This document shows positions 22,360 to 35,600 of a DNA stretch of 64,000 nucleotides, one piece after another; positions within the stretch are counted from its first letter, which is position 1; the number at the start of each line of letters is the position of its first letter. The DNA is from Eledone cirrhosa (taxonomy: Eukaryota): NCBI GenBank assembly GCA_964016885.1, contig OZ024743.1:77562001-77626000 (forward strand). The letters run 5' to 3'. Both the position numbers and the translations under genes were made by a program. The notes below the pieces were generated by a model. That model was not told the DNA's origin, did not search any database, and saw nothing but the letters and a program-made list of their open reading frames with translations.

Positions 22360-22429
22360 AATAAATGCTTTGAACATAGCTTTGATTCTTGTGAATTCTA
22401 TATATATATATATATAAATAACAGATTAA

Positions 22430-22480
22430 AGTTTAAGCAAAGAATCGCTGCTTTCACCCTTAACGGGATCTTCTGAAACT
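22430..22480 (-). ncRNA. Hammerhead-like fold with CAGAAGA core (array copy 1)
   Basis: AGUUU-CAGAAGA-UCCC-GUUAA-GGGU-GAAA-GCA-gcgauucuu-UGC-UU-AAACU. Confidence 0.55.
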
Positions 22481-22923
22481 AAAAAAAAAATCAATCTGTG
22501 AATGCAGAAGTAAATATTTCGAAAAACGTTGCAACCGAAGGAAAACAGGAAGACGATACTTTGGTTCGTGAAGACGTTCCCTGGCAATGAACGGAAAATA
22601 GCGAAGATAATACGTCAGCAATGAGAACAATATTTGTCATAATGTTGTAATGCAGACAGCTAGACATACAGACAGATCTTATAAGGGCGCGACGTTATAG
22701 CTATGTATCTATCTAAAAGGACAGACTAAGAAAGACAGAGAGATCGCTAACCGGCGCCTAATGCGGTCCATAGGGCATTGAAAATGTGAAATATATTCTG
22801 CTCAAAATCACTCACACGACCATAAGTATTACATGTGTAAAGTTTGAAAAAAACCGGTTGGGTGGTTCTCGAGTTTTAGGGAGTCAGACAGACAGACATT
22901 CTCTGTTTTAGATATATTTATAA

Positions 22924-23565
22924 CTAGCAGTGGTACCCGGCGTTGCATGGGATAAGGTATTTTGGAATGCGGGCAGCCAACAGACCTAATCGTGGAAAAA
23001 CTGCATGCCTGGACAATATGTAAAGAAAATAAACCGAATACTCTGATGGCTGGATAATCTTTAAGATTTTCCTCTATGAAGCAGGAAAAATGCAGGTTTT
23101 CACCTAGGGGATCAAGAAAATGAATTTTTTTATGTGCATAATATGCCTTGAAAATTTGGGGAAAATCGGTTAGACGTAACGCCTCAAGAAAGACCTAAAA
23201 AGATTTTTAAAATGAAGTTTTTCACCTAATGCGGGCCCTAGGAATCAAAAAGTTGGATTTTCTTTACTCACGGTATGAAGAAGAGACTGACTAATACATA
23301 GTTACAATTTCAAGGAAATCGATCTGACGTAACGCCTCAAAAAAGCCCTAAAAAGCTAAAAAAAATGAAGTTTTTCACCTAATGCGGGCCCTTGGGAATC
23401 AAGAAGTTGGATTTTCTTTACTCACGGTATGAAGAAGAGACTGACTAATACATAGTTACAATTTCAAGGAAATCGATCTGACGTAACGCCTCAAAAAACC
23501 CCTAAAAAGCTGAAAAAACCGCAGTTTTTCACCTAATGCGGGCCCTAGGTATTCAAAAAGTTGAA
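22924..23565 (-). mobile_element. Non-autonomous Helitron H1 (5' end deleted) with ~152-bp internal repeats; CTAG ends also at 33061, 43340, 46200
   Basis: Minus strand 3' end cccatgc-aac-gccggg-taccactg-CTAG-T. Confidence 0.7.
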
Positions 23566-24232
23566 TTAAATATATAGCTATTAAATAATATTATGCCATG
23601 TAATAATAACATCAACGACAATAATAATAATAATGATGTATCTTGTTGTAACAGGGAAGGTATGGTTTGTTATATCAATAAATGTAAGTTGAATTGAGGT
23701 TCGGCTGTAAGTCTCAGGTTCTGTTGTTGCAGTGATAATAACTCTGGAAAGGATCTTTCCATATCACATTTAAAGGCAATGGCTGTGGTAAATAGGATCA
23801 CAAGATTTTACAATGTTTTTACATAATTTATTTACAAACCGATTACAAAGATTGAGCTGGGTTGAGCTGGCATGCCAAAACAAATGAATAAACAAATTAA
23901 GAGTTTAGAAGGTACGGTCAACTGGCTGAAATGCTGGCCAGGCTGCAGTTATGTTGTTGTCGTTACACATTGGCTAGTGGTTGCGGGGCAAAAGAAAAAT
24001 GGTTGTTTACCTTTCCACAGTTGAAGCAACAAGAGATATAATTTATCGAAAGTAGCGAGACAGTCTCAGTTTAGGCGGAAGTTGAAAACACATATCCGTG
24101 CCCGGATCACGATTGGCCTGACTTGGCCTATCAATGCGCCAAAGGAAAGTAGTTTGCTACAGTCTGTTTACTTATTTCATCAGATTTTTCTACTTTTAAA
24201 CTTCACACCACGGGTGTGAATAACTAGTAATC

Positions 24233-24435
24233 GTTTGGTACACGCGATGATCCGATGACTATGACGGCCTTCCCGCCTGCACGCCCAGCGCTTGAGTAGA
24301 TCAACCTTCCTAGAGTGCTTGGAAAAATAAACTTCTCTTTCTTTCTGTTAACGAAAATACTCGGAACGGCTGACACCCTCTTGGGCCCTGGGCGAGCTTG
24401 GAATCCGCCGCGTCCCCTGTTATTGACCGCCAAAC
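24233..24435 (+). ncRNA. Putative rod-like structured RNA, paralog A (copies start at 30201, 34522, 40450, 47864)
   Basis: Nested helices GUUUGGU/GCCAAAC, UUCC/GGAA, CGCCU/GGGCG, GCCCA/UGGGC, CCUUCC/GGAAcGG, GAGUG/UACUC; T5 run ~11 nt downstream. Confidence 0.4.
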
Positions 24436-24589
24436 AGCACTCTTAATTTTTAAGCTTAATCTTTAGTCCTAAATTTAAATTCTACCCTAAAAATGTATCA
24501 TGAATATCAAAAGTATATTTAACTTTTACATAAATGCCTCCTTCTACTAGTCCTTTAAATAAATCCCCCACTAGCGTGAATAACTAGTA

Positions 24590-24797
24590 ATCGTTTGGTA
24601 TACGCGATTATCAGCCGACGGTGACGGACTTCCCGCTAGCACATCCGGCGCTTGAGTCGGCTAACCTTCCTGGAGTGCTTGGAAAAATAAATGTATATTT
24701 CTTTCGGTAGACGAAAATACTCGGAACGGTTGACACGCCATTGGGCCCTTGGTGGGCTGGGAGTCGGTCACGTCACTGTTATTGACCGCCAAACGGT
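24590..24797 (+). ncRNA. Putative rod-like structured RNA, paralog B (core GUUUGGU at 24593; copies at 30561, 34882, 40810, 48224)
   Basis: AUCGUUUGGU/GCCAAACGGU, GUGAC/GUCAC, GACUUCC/GGGAGUC, CGCUA/UGGUG, GGCG/CGCC, UAACCUUCC/GGAAcGGUUG, GAGUG/UACUC; exactly 360 bp from paralog A. Confidence 0.45.
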
Positions 24798-25898
24798 ACT
24801 CTTAAATTTGGGCTTAATCTTACTTTTTTAATCTTAACTTTATATTCTACCCTGAAACCTTATTATGACTATCAATAATACATTTAACCGTTTCATAAAT
24901 GCTTCCTTCTGCAAATTCTTTAACTAAATCTCCCAATTTTTAACCTAAACCTTACTTTAGGCGGTCATTAACCTACACTACGTATCACCTGATATCACTC
25001 CTACTCTTCTATCCCCTATATCTATATTTATAACCGGGTATTCCCCAACCGTTTTATCTATTTTTTTATTTGCTACACCTTGATCTATATTTTATTTCTT
25101 CTGTATTTTGATTTCTTTGTATGTCATTAACATATTGTATTTTATATGTCATTAACATACACTACGTATCACCTCATACCACTTCTACTCTTCAATCTTC
25201 TATATCTATATTTAAAACCAAGTATTCCCCACCAACCGTGTTATCTATAGTTAATTTGCTACACCTTGATCTGTATTTTATTTCTTCTGTATTTTGATTT
25301 CTTCGATATGTTCTTATTTACTTCCATTTTTACTCCCACAATTACCACCCTGGGTATGACAGCATTTTATTCCTTTAATTCTCCTCATATACTTATGCTT
25401 TTACTCATCTGTTACCTAAAATTAGCACACGAGACTAGAATATTCGTTTCTGTACCCTTTATATCTGTTTATCTTTAATTACTCTCCCTACCCACACAGG
25501 ACTTACACTGCATATAAATTCAAATAATCCGGACTAACTTGGGATTGAATATAGTCTTTTAGCTGATTTATAGTAATGACTAGCAGAATGGCCGGGCGTT
25601 GCTCGGGATTCTAAACATAGATTGGCATGTTTATCCCTCTTCTCTGAAATAGTACAGGCATGACCTAAAAGCAGGACGAAATACACTAAGACTAACAGGT
25701 AGAGTAATGAGTAAATTCGTCAGTGATGCATGTGATTTCCGAACCGTTGACTATGTAATTACTGGCCTTGTGCCAAAAGTAGTGGGACTTTTTGGGTGGC
25801 ATATCGTCAGGAACAATGACGATAGGCCGCCTGTGCTTTCGTGAAATAAATACGTTTGTTTATATTTTGTTTTTGTGTATGCAAAAATATCTGTACAC

Positions 25899-25989
<91 letters not shown>

Positions 25990-26048
25990 CCGTTCAGACC
26001 CATGCTAGCGTGGAAGATGAACGTTAAACAATGATGATGATGATGATG

Positions 26049-26125
<77 letters not shown>

Positions 26126-26129
<4 letters not shown>

Positions 26130-28312
26130 CAAAATCACACCTCTTCATCACCTCTGATGCCACTCCATCTTCTCCATGAGCCTTGCCCTCCTTGATCTTC
26201 TTCTTGGCTCTCTGAAGCTCCTCTCTGGTGAAGGGCTCTGTCTCAACATCCAGTTCCTCAAACAGCCGCCTGATCTCCCCAGTGCTCTGGGCTGTGGAGG
26301 GTGGCTCTCCTAGTAGGGTCCTAAAATGGTCTAGCCATTTCATCTTCCTATCCTCGGGCCCCGTTCCCTGGATCTGACTCGAACACCTTTTCTTCCTCCC
26401 TGTGATCTCGTTGATGATCATCCAGCTCTCCTTACATCCAGATCTGTCAACCGCTCTCTCCACACTTCTGATCTTCTCTATCAGTGCCTCCTCTCTGACC
26501 TCAGTGTAAGCGGTACAGAGCTCTTCCCTCATCACCTCCACAGTCTCCATCCTCTCCTCCGTAGGATCAGCATAGAATTAGTCCCTGGCAGCTTTCAGGT
26601 GTTCTCTGGCTGCACACACTTTTGGGTTTGCCGAACTGACGTGCTTCCCTTTGTTCTTTTTCCTCGGCACCAGGGTTTCACTTGCTTTCGCCACTGCATT
26701 GGTGAAGTGCCCGTACCTCCTCGTTACACTCTCCTCAGTCCATCCAATCTCTCTCTCCTCTGACTCTCCACACAGAGCACTAAACCTGTTTCTCACTTCC
26801 ACTGTGAACCTCTCCTGTAGCTTATCATCTTCCTTGAAAGCTCCCCAGTCATAGATTGTTCTCCGGGGCTGAGCCTTGCTCTTTCTTAAGCTCACGCGGA
26901 CCTCACTCATAACAAGCCGGGGTTCTGTAACGGGGCACTGGAGAAAGGAGTTGCCCCGAATCAGTGGAGGATCAGTAACATCGTCCCAGTGCCAAAGAAG
27001 GGAGATCTCTCTAACACCAACAACTACCGGGGGATCTCACTGACGTCACTTGTGGCAAAGACCCTCAACAGGATGATTCTTAACAGGATCCAGCCTGAGA
27101 TGGATAAGAAGCTCAGGGACAACCAGAACGGCTTCAGAGAGGGTAGATCAACGACCAGTCACATCCTGATGCTGAGGAGGATATTAGAGGGAGCTAGAGC
27201 AAAGTGCCTTCCTGCGGTCATGGTTTTCATTGACTTTAGGAAGGCCTTTGATTCTGTGGACCGTTACTGCCTGATGAAGATCTTACAGGCTTATGGAATC
27301 CCCAAGAGGATAGTGGACCTGATATCACTGCTCTACACCAACACCAAAGCTCAAGTCATTACACCTGATGGGATGACAGAGTTCTTTGAGATACTGGCTG
27401 GAATGCTCCAGGGAGATACATTGGCTCCCTACCTTTTTATCATCGTAGTGGACTATTGTATGCGCCTTGCACTGGAGAAACACCAGGACTCTGGCTTTAC
27501 TGTAGCACCGGCTCAGAGCAGGAGAGTTGGGGCGAAAAAGGTATCGGATGCTGAATTTGCCGACGACATAGTTTTGGTGACAAATACAGTGAAGGAGGCA
27601 GAGGATTTGATGCGGGAGGTTGAGACTGTGTCGATGAGTGTGGGGCTGAGAATGAATGCGACTAAAACAAAATATCTGGTAGAGAATGTTGAGAAGCCAG
27701 AGGGGATCACTAATGTAGGCGGGAAGCCGCTGGAATTGGTTGAGGACTTCCTGTATTTGGAAGCAAAGATTGGGACTACGGAGGATGATGTGGTTGAGAG
27801 GAAGAGCAAGGCCTGGGCGGCGTGCCACAGCTTGAGATCGGTGTGGAAGTCGGACCTTCGTAGAGACCTGAAAATCCGCCTCTTCATTGCTGTAGTGGAG
27901 TCTGTGCTGCTGTATGGGTCTGAGACTTGGACACTGACCAAGAAACTCACTCAGATGGTGGATGGGTGCTACACAAGAATGCTGAGGATGGCTCTGAACA
28001 TTAATCAGTATACACTGAGGATGAAAAACTCAGAGCTGTATGGGAGCATCCCAAAAGTCAGCTCAACAGTGACACAGAGGAGACTGAGGTTGGCTGGACA
28101 TGCTCACCGACATCCAGAGTTGACATTGCACTCGGTCCTCCTTTGGGAGACCCTACATGGACACACTAGAAGAGGAAGACCAAGGTTAACATATGTTGAT
28201 GCCCTAAGGACAGACACTGGTCTGTTGGAGATGCAGGATATGGCAGCGATAATGAGGGACAGAGACCGCTGGAGAGAACTCGTCCATGGATCTCGGGAAT
28301 TTTACCCGCCTT

Positions 28313-28314
<2 letters not shown>
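26126..28314 (+). mobile_element. RTE/RTEX-like LINE with 5' inversion (26126-~26920 minus; ~26921-28314 plus), inserted in (TA)n
   Basis: Minus part runs from RLVMSEVRVSL to [17 protein letters not shown]; plus part resumes FCNGALEKG..PKKGD; (TA)n on both sides. Confidence 0.9.
26989..28314 (+). CDS. RTE-type reverse transcriptase (truncated ORF)
   Basis: YRGISL, QNGFR, DFRKAFDSV, LQGDTLAP, FADD, LLYGSETW, RRLRLAGH, RRGRP. Confidence 0.88.
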
Positions 28315-28360
<46 letters not shown>

Positions 28361-28372
28361 ATAACAGATTAA

Positions 28373-28423
28373 AGTTTAAGCAAAGAATCGCTGCTTTCAC
28401 CCTTAACGGGATCTTCTGAAGCT
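28373..28423 (-). ncRNA. Hammerhead-like fold, CAGAAGA core (array copy 2; one stem I mismatch)
   Basis: As 22430 but stem I 5' strand is AGCUU. Confidence 0.5.
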
Positions 28424-28865
28424 AAAAAAAAATCAATCTGTGAATGCAGAAGTAAATATTTCGAAAAACGTTGCAACCGAAGGAAAACAGGAAGACGATA
28501 CTTTGGTTCGTGAAGACGTTCCCTGGCAATGAACGGAAAATAGCGAAGATAATACGTTAGCAATGAGAACAATATTTGTCATAATGTTGTAATGCAGACA
28601 GCTAGACATACAGACAGATCTTATAAGGGCTCGACGTTATAGCTATGTATCTATCTAAAAGGACAGACTAAGAAAGACAGAGAGATCGCTAACCGGCGCC
28701 TAATGCGGTCCATAGGGCATTGAAAATGTGAAATATTTTCTGCTCAAAATCATTCACACGACCATAAGTATTACATGTGTAAAGTTTGAAAAAAACCGGT
28801 TGGGTGGTTCTCGAGTTTTAGGGAGTCAGACAGACAGACATTCTCTGTTTTAGATATATTTATAA

Positions 28866-29467
28866 CTAACAGTGGTACCCGGCGTTGCATGGGATAAGGT
28901 ATTTTGGAACGCGGGCAGCCAACAGACCTAATCGTGGAAAAACTGCATGCCTGGACAATATGTAAAGAAAATAAACCGAATACTCTGATGGCTGGATAAT
29001 CTTTAAGATTTTCCTCTATGAAGCAAGAAAAATGTAGGTTTTCACCTAATGCGGGCCCTAGGGGATCAAAAAGTTGGATTTTCTTTACTCACGGTATGAA
29101 GAAGAGACTGACTAATACATAGTTACAATTTCAAGGAAATCGATCTGACGTAACGCCTCAAAAAACCCCTAAAAAGCTGAAAAAACCATAGTTTTTCACC
29201 TAATGCGGGCCCTAGGTATTCAAAAAGTTGGATTTTCTTTAATCGCGGTATGAAGAAGAGACTGACTAATACATAGTTACAATTTCAAGGAAATCGATCT
29301 GACGTAACGCCTCAAAAAACCTGACTTTTATGTGCATTACACTCCCTGAAACATAAGTAATACACATGTAAAGTTTGAAAAAAATCGGTCGGATACATCT
29401 CGAGTTTTAGGGATTCAAACTCTCTCTCTCTCTCACACACACACATACTCAATTTTATATATACAGA
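28866..29467 (-). mobile_element. Complete ~600-bp non-autonomous Helitron H1 (copy at 39115-39716)
   Basis: Minus strand: A|TCTGTATATATAAAA..(TG)n(GA)n..aactcgag...hairpin...TTAG|T (CTAG in sister copies); A|T insertion site, no TSD. Confidence 0.75.
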
Positions 29468-31704
29468 TAGTAGTTAATATTTGTATTTGTTTTTGTATCA
29501 ACAGAGGTCACCAATATAGCAGGCATTTAATAGCCACCAGTTTAGCTATTAAATAATATTATGCCATGTAATAATAACATCAACGACAATAATAATAATA
29601 ATGATGTATTTTGTTGTAACAGGAAAGGTATGGTTTGTTATATAAATAAATGTAAGTTGAATTGAGGTTCGGCTGTAAGTCTCAGATTCTGTTGCTGCAG
29701 TGATAATAACTCTGGAAAGGATCTTTCCATATCACATTTAAAGGCAATGGCTGTGGTAAATAGGATCACAAGATTTTACAATGTTTTTACATAATTTATT
29801 TACAAACCGATTACAAAGATTGAGCTGGGTTGAGCTGGCATGCCAAAACAAATGAATAAACAAATTAAGAGTTTAGAAGGTACGGTCAACTGGCTGAAAT
29901 GCTGACCAGGCCGCAGTTATGTTGTTGTCGTTACACATTGGCTAGTGGTTGCGGGGCAAAAGAAAAATGGTTGTTTACCTTTCCACAGTTGAAGCAACAA
30001 GAGATATAATTTATCGAAAGTAGCGAGACAGTCTCAGTTTAGGCGGAAGTTGAAAACACATATCCGTGCCCGGATCACGATTGGCCTGACTTGGCCTATC
30101 AATGCGCCAAAGGAAAGTAGTTTGCTACAGTCTGTTTACTTATTTCATCAGATTTTTCTACTTTTAAACTTCACACCACGGGTGTGAATAACTAGTAATC
30201 GTTTGGTACACGCGATGATCCGATGACTATGACGGCCTTCCCGCCTGCACGCCCAGCGCTTGAGTAGATCAACCTTCCTAGAGTGCTTGGAAAAATAAAC
30301 TTCTCTTTCTTTCTGTAAACGAAAATACTTGGAACGGCTGACACCCTCTTGGGCCCTGGGCGAGCTTGGAATCCACCGCGTCACCGGTTATTGACCACCA
30401 AACAGCACTCTTAATTTTTAAGCTTAATCTTTAGTCCTAAATTTAAATTCTACCCTAAAAATGTATCATGAATATCAAAAGTATATTTAACTTTTACATA
30501 AATGCCTCCTTCTACTAGTCCTTTAAATAAATCCCCCACTAGCGTGAATAACTAGTAATCGTTTGGTATACGCGATTATCAGCCGACGGTGACGGACTTC
30601 CCGCTAGCACATCCGGCGCTTGAGTCGGCTAACCTTCCTGGAGTGCTTGGAAAAATAAATGTATATTTCTTTCGGTAGACGAAAATACTCGGAACGGTTG
30701 ACACGCCATTGGGCCCTTGGTGGGCTGGGAGTCGGTCACGTCACTGTTATTGACCGCCAAACGGTACTCTTAAATTTGGGCTTAATCTTACTTTTTTAAT
30801 CTTAACTTTATATTCTACCCTGAAACCTTATTATGACTATCAATAATACATTTAACCGTTTCATAAATGCTTCCTTCTGCAAATTCTTTAACTAAATCTC
30901 CCAATTTTTTACCTAAACCTTACTTTAGGCGGTCATTAACCTACACTACGTATCACCTGATATCACTCCTACTCTTCTATCCCCTATATCTATATTTATA
31001 ACCGGGTATTCCCCAACCGTTTTATCTATTTTTTTATTTGCTACACCTTGATCTATATTTTATTTCTTCTGTATTTTGATTTCTTTGTATGTCATTAACA
31101 TATTGTATTTTATATGTCATCAACATACACTACGTATCACCTCATACCACTTCTACTCTTCAATCTTTTATATCTATATTTAAAACCAAGTATTCCCCAC
31201 CAACCGTGTTATCTATAGCTAATTTGCTACACATTGATCTGTATTTTATTTCTTCTGTATTTTGATTTCTTCGATATGTTCTTATTTACTTCCATTTTTA
31301 CTCCCACAATTACCACCCTGGGTATGACAGCATTTTATTCCTTTAATTCTCCTCATATACTTATGCTTTTACTCATCTGTTACCTAAAATTAGCACACGA
31401 GACTAGAATATTCGTTTCTGTACCCTTTATATCTGTTTATCTTTAATTACTCCCCCTACCCACACAGGACTCACACTGCATATAAATTCAAATAACCCGG
31501 ACTAACTTGGGATTGAATATAGTCTTTTAGCTGATTTATAGTAATGACTAGCAGAATGGCCGGGCGTTGCTCGGGATTCTAAACATAGATTGGCATGTTT
31601 ATCCCTCTTTTCTGAAACAGTACAGGCATGACCTAAAAGCAGGACGAAATACACTAAGACTAACAGGTAGAGTAATGAGTAAATTCGTCAATGATGCATG
31701 TGAT

Positions 31705-32119
31705 TTCCGAACCGTTGACTATGTAATTACTGGCCTTGTGCCAAAAGTAGTGGGACTTTTTGGGTGGCATATCGTCAGGAACAATGACGATAGGCCGCCT
31801 GTGCTTTCGTGAAATAAATACGTTTGTTTATATTTTGTTTTTGTGTATGCAAAAATATCTGTACACGAATATATATATATCTAGGAGCAGTTTAGGTATG
31901 ATACATGTTATTACTAATTATATCTAAATGTTTCTTCTCTCTTCATAATGTATTTTTAACTCTGATACTGGTCCAGTCTGATTCAACCGGATTGGTCTGT
32001 CCCAGTCATTCATTGAGCAACATCGGTAAGGTTGGCACCATTAACTCACGGTTGGGTGTGGATGCATTCATGTATATGTGTGTGTCCGCATGTATCTGTG
32101 TGTTTCTAAATATATTATA

Positions 32120-32166
<47 letters not shown>

Positions 32167-32325
32167 GTGTACAGATATTTTTGCATACACAAAAACAAAA
32201 TATAAACAAACGTATTTATTTCACGAAAGCACAGTCGGCCTATCGTCATTGTTCCTGACGATATGCCACCCAAAAAGTCCCACTACTTTTGGCACAAGGC
32301 CAGTAATTACATAGTCAACGGTTCG

Positions 32326-32328
<3 letters not shown>
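31705..32328. repeat. Inverted duplication (166-bp arms) of H2 sequence; repeated at ~41954-42573
   Basis: 31705-31870 is the reverse complement of 32163-32328, around a ~290-bp spacer ending in (TA)n. Confidence 0.9.
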
Positions 32329-32387
<59 letters not shown>

Positions 32388-32388
32388 G

Positions 32389-32449
<61 letters not shown>

Positions 32450-32500
32450 TATATATTTGCCGTCCAGACCCATGCTAGCGTGGAAGATGAACGTTAAACA

Positions 32501-32535
<35 letters not shown>

Positions 32536-32567
32536 ATATATATATATATAAAAAGATAACAGATTAA

Positions 32568-32618
32568 AGTTTAAGCAAAGAATCGCTGCTTTCACCCTTA
32601 ACGGGATCTTCTGAAACT
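32568..32618 (-). ncRNA. Hammerhead-like fold, CAGAAGA core (array copy 3)
   Basis: Same sequence as 22430-22480. Confidence 0.55.
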
Positions 32619-35600
32619 AAAAAAAAATCAATCTGTGAATTCAGAAGTAAATATTTCGAAAAACGTTGCAACCGAAGGAAAACAGGAAGACGATACTTTG
32701 GTTCGTGAAGACGTTCCCTGGCAATGAACGGAAAATAGCGAAGATAATACGTCAGCAATGAGAACAATATTTGTCATAATGTTGTAATGCAGACAGCTAG
32801 ACATACAGACAGATCTTATAAGGGCGCGACGTTATAGCTATGTATCTATCTAAAAGGACAGACTAAGAAAGACAGAGAGATCGCTAACCGGCGCCCAATG
32901 CGGTCCATAGTGCATTGAAAATTTGAAATATTTTCTGCTCAAAATCACTCACACGACCATAAGTATTACATGTGTAAAGTTTGAAAAAAACCGGTTGGGT
33001 GGTTCTCGAGTTTTAGGGAGTCAGACAGACAGACATTCTCTGTTTTAGATATATTTATAACTAGCAGTGGTACCCGGCGTTGCATGGGATAAGGTATTTT
33101 GGAACGCGGGCAGCCAACAGACCTAATCGTGGAAAAACTGCATGCCCGGACAATATGTAAAGAAAATAAACCGAATACTCTGATGGCTGGATAATCTTTA
33201 AGATTTTCCTCTATGAAGCAGGAAAAATGCAGGTTTTCACCTAGGGGATCAAGAAAATGAATTTGTTTATGTGCATAATATGCCTTGAAAATTTGGGGAA
33301 AATCGGTTAGACGTAACGCCTCAAGAAAGCCCTAAAAAGATTTTTAAAATGAAGTTTTTCACCTAATGCGGGCCCTAGGAATCAAAAAGTTGGATTTTCT
33401 TTACTCACGGTATGAAGAAGAGACTGACTAATACATAGTTACAATTTCAAGGAAATCGATCTGACGTAACGCCTCAAAAAAGCCCTAAAAAGCTAAAAAA
33501 ATGAAGTTTTTCACCTAATGCGGGCCCTAGGGAATCAAAAAGTTGGATTTTCTTTACTCACGGTATGAAGAAGAGACTGACTAATACATAGTTACAATTT
33601 CAAGGAAATCGATCTGACGTAACGCCTCAAAAAAGCCCTAAAAAGCTAAAAAAATGAAGTTTTTCACCTAATGCGGGCCCTTGGGAATCAAAAAGTTGGA
33701 TTTTCTTTACTCACGGTATGAAGAAGAGACTGACTAATACATAGTTACAATTTCAAGGAAATCGATCTGACGTAACGCCTCAAAAAACCCCTAAAAAGCT
33801 GAAAAAACCGCAGTTTTTCACCTAATGCGGGCCCTAGGTATTCAAAAAGTTGAATTAAATATATAGCTATTAAATAATATTATGCCATGTAATAATAACA
33901 TCAACGACAATAATAATAATAATGATGTATCTTGTTGTAACAGGGAAGGTATGGTTTGTTATATCAATAAATGTAAGTTGAATTGAGGTTCGGCTGTAAG
34001 TCTCAGGTTCTGTTGTTGCAGTGATAATAACTCTGGAAAGGATCTTTCCATATCACATTTAAAGGCAATGGCTGTGGTAAATAGGATCACAAGATTTTAC
34101 AATGTTTTTACATAATTTATTTACAAACCGATTACAAAGATTGAGCTGGGTTGAGCTGGCATGCCAAAACAAATGAATAAACAAATTAAGAGTTTAGAAG
34201 GTACGGTCAACTGGCTGAAATGCTGGCCAGGCTGCAGTTATGTTGTTGTCGTTACACATTGGCTAGTGGTTGCGGGGCAAAAGAAAAATGGTTGTTTACC
34301 TTTCCCCAGTTGAAGCAACAAGAGATATAATTTATCGAAAGTAGCGAGACAGTCTCAGTTTAGGCGGAAGTTGAAAACACATATCCGTGCCCGGATCACG
34401 ATTGGCCTGACTTGGCCTATCAATGCGCCAAAGGAAAGTAGTTTGCTACAGTCTGTTTACTTATTTCATCAGATTTTTCTACTTTTAAACTTCACACCAC
34501 GGGTGTGAATAACTAGTAATCGTTTGGTACACGCGATGATCCGATGACTATGACGGCCTTCCCGCCTGCACGCCCAGCGCTTGAGTAGATCAACCTTCCT
34601 AGAGTGCTTGGAAAAATAAACTTCTCTTTCTTTCTGTTAACGAAAATACTCGGAACGGCTGACACCCTCTTGGGCCCTGGGCGAGCTTGGAATCCGCCGC
34701 GTCCCCTGTTATTGACCGCCAAACAGCACTCTTAATTTTTAAGCTTAATCTTTAGTCCTAAATTTAAATTCTACCCTAAAAATGTATCATGAATATCAAA
34801 AGTATATTTAACTTTTACATAAATGCCTCCTTCTACTAGTCCTTTAAATAAATCCCCCACTAGCGTGAATAACTAGTAATCGTTTGGTATACGCGATTAT
34901 CAGCCGACGGTGACGGACTTCCCGCTAGCACATCCGGCGCTTGAGTCGGCTAACCTTCCTGGAGTGCTTGGAAAAATAAATGTATATTTCTTTCGGTAGA
35001 CGAAAATACTCGGAACGGTTGACACGCCATTGGGCCCTTGGTGGGCTGGGAGTCGGTCACGTCACTGTTATTGACCGCCAAACGGTACTCTTAAATTTGG
35101 GCTTAATCTTACTTTTTTAATCTTAACTTTATATTCTACCCTGAAACCTTATTATGACTATCAATAATACATTTAACCGTTTCATAAATGCTTCCTTCTG
35201 CAAATTCTTTAACTAAATCTCCCAATTTTTAACCTAAACCTTACTTTAGGCGGTCATTAACCTACACTACGTATCACCTGATATCACTCCTACTCTTCTA
35301 TCCCCTATATCTATATTTATAACCGGGTATTCCCCAACCGTTTTATCTATTTTTTTATTTGCTACACCTTGATCTATATTTTATTTCTTCTGTATTTTGA
35401 TTTCTTTGTATGTCATTAACATATTGTATTTTATATGTCATTAACATACACTACGTATCACCTCATACCACTTCTACTCTTCAATCTTCTATATCTATAT
35501 TTAAAACCAAGTATTCCCCACCAACCGTGTTATCTATAGTTAATTTGCTACACCTTGATCTGTATTTTATTTCTTCTGTATTTTGATTTCTTCGATATGT

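Noticed and set aside
24202-24228. Plus-strand hairpin ttcacacc-acg-ggtgtgaa followed by CTAGT (possible Helitron 3' end)
   Set aside because: No matching 5' TC end identified, and gtgaataactagt recurs in paralog B without the hairpin; left unresolved
24613-24662. 7-bp AGCCGAC/GUCGGCU helix suggesting an HDV-like ribozyme P1; 360-nt period suggesting a viroid-like dimer
   Set aside because: No P3/L3/P1.1 could be built on either strand, and the AT-rich remainder of the 360-bp unit does not fold into a rod
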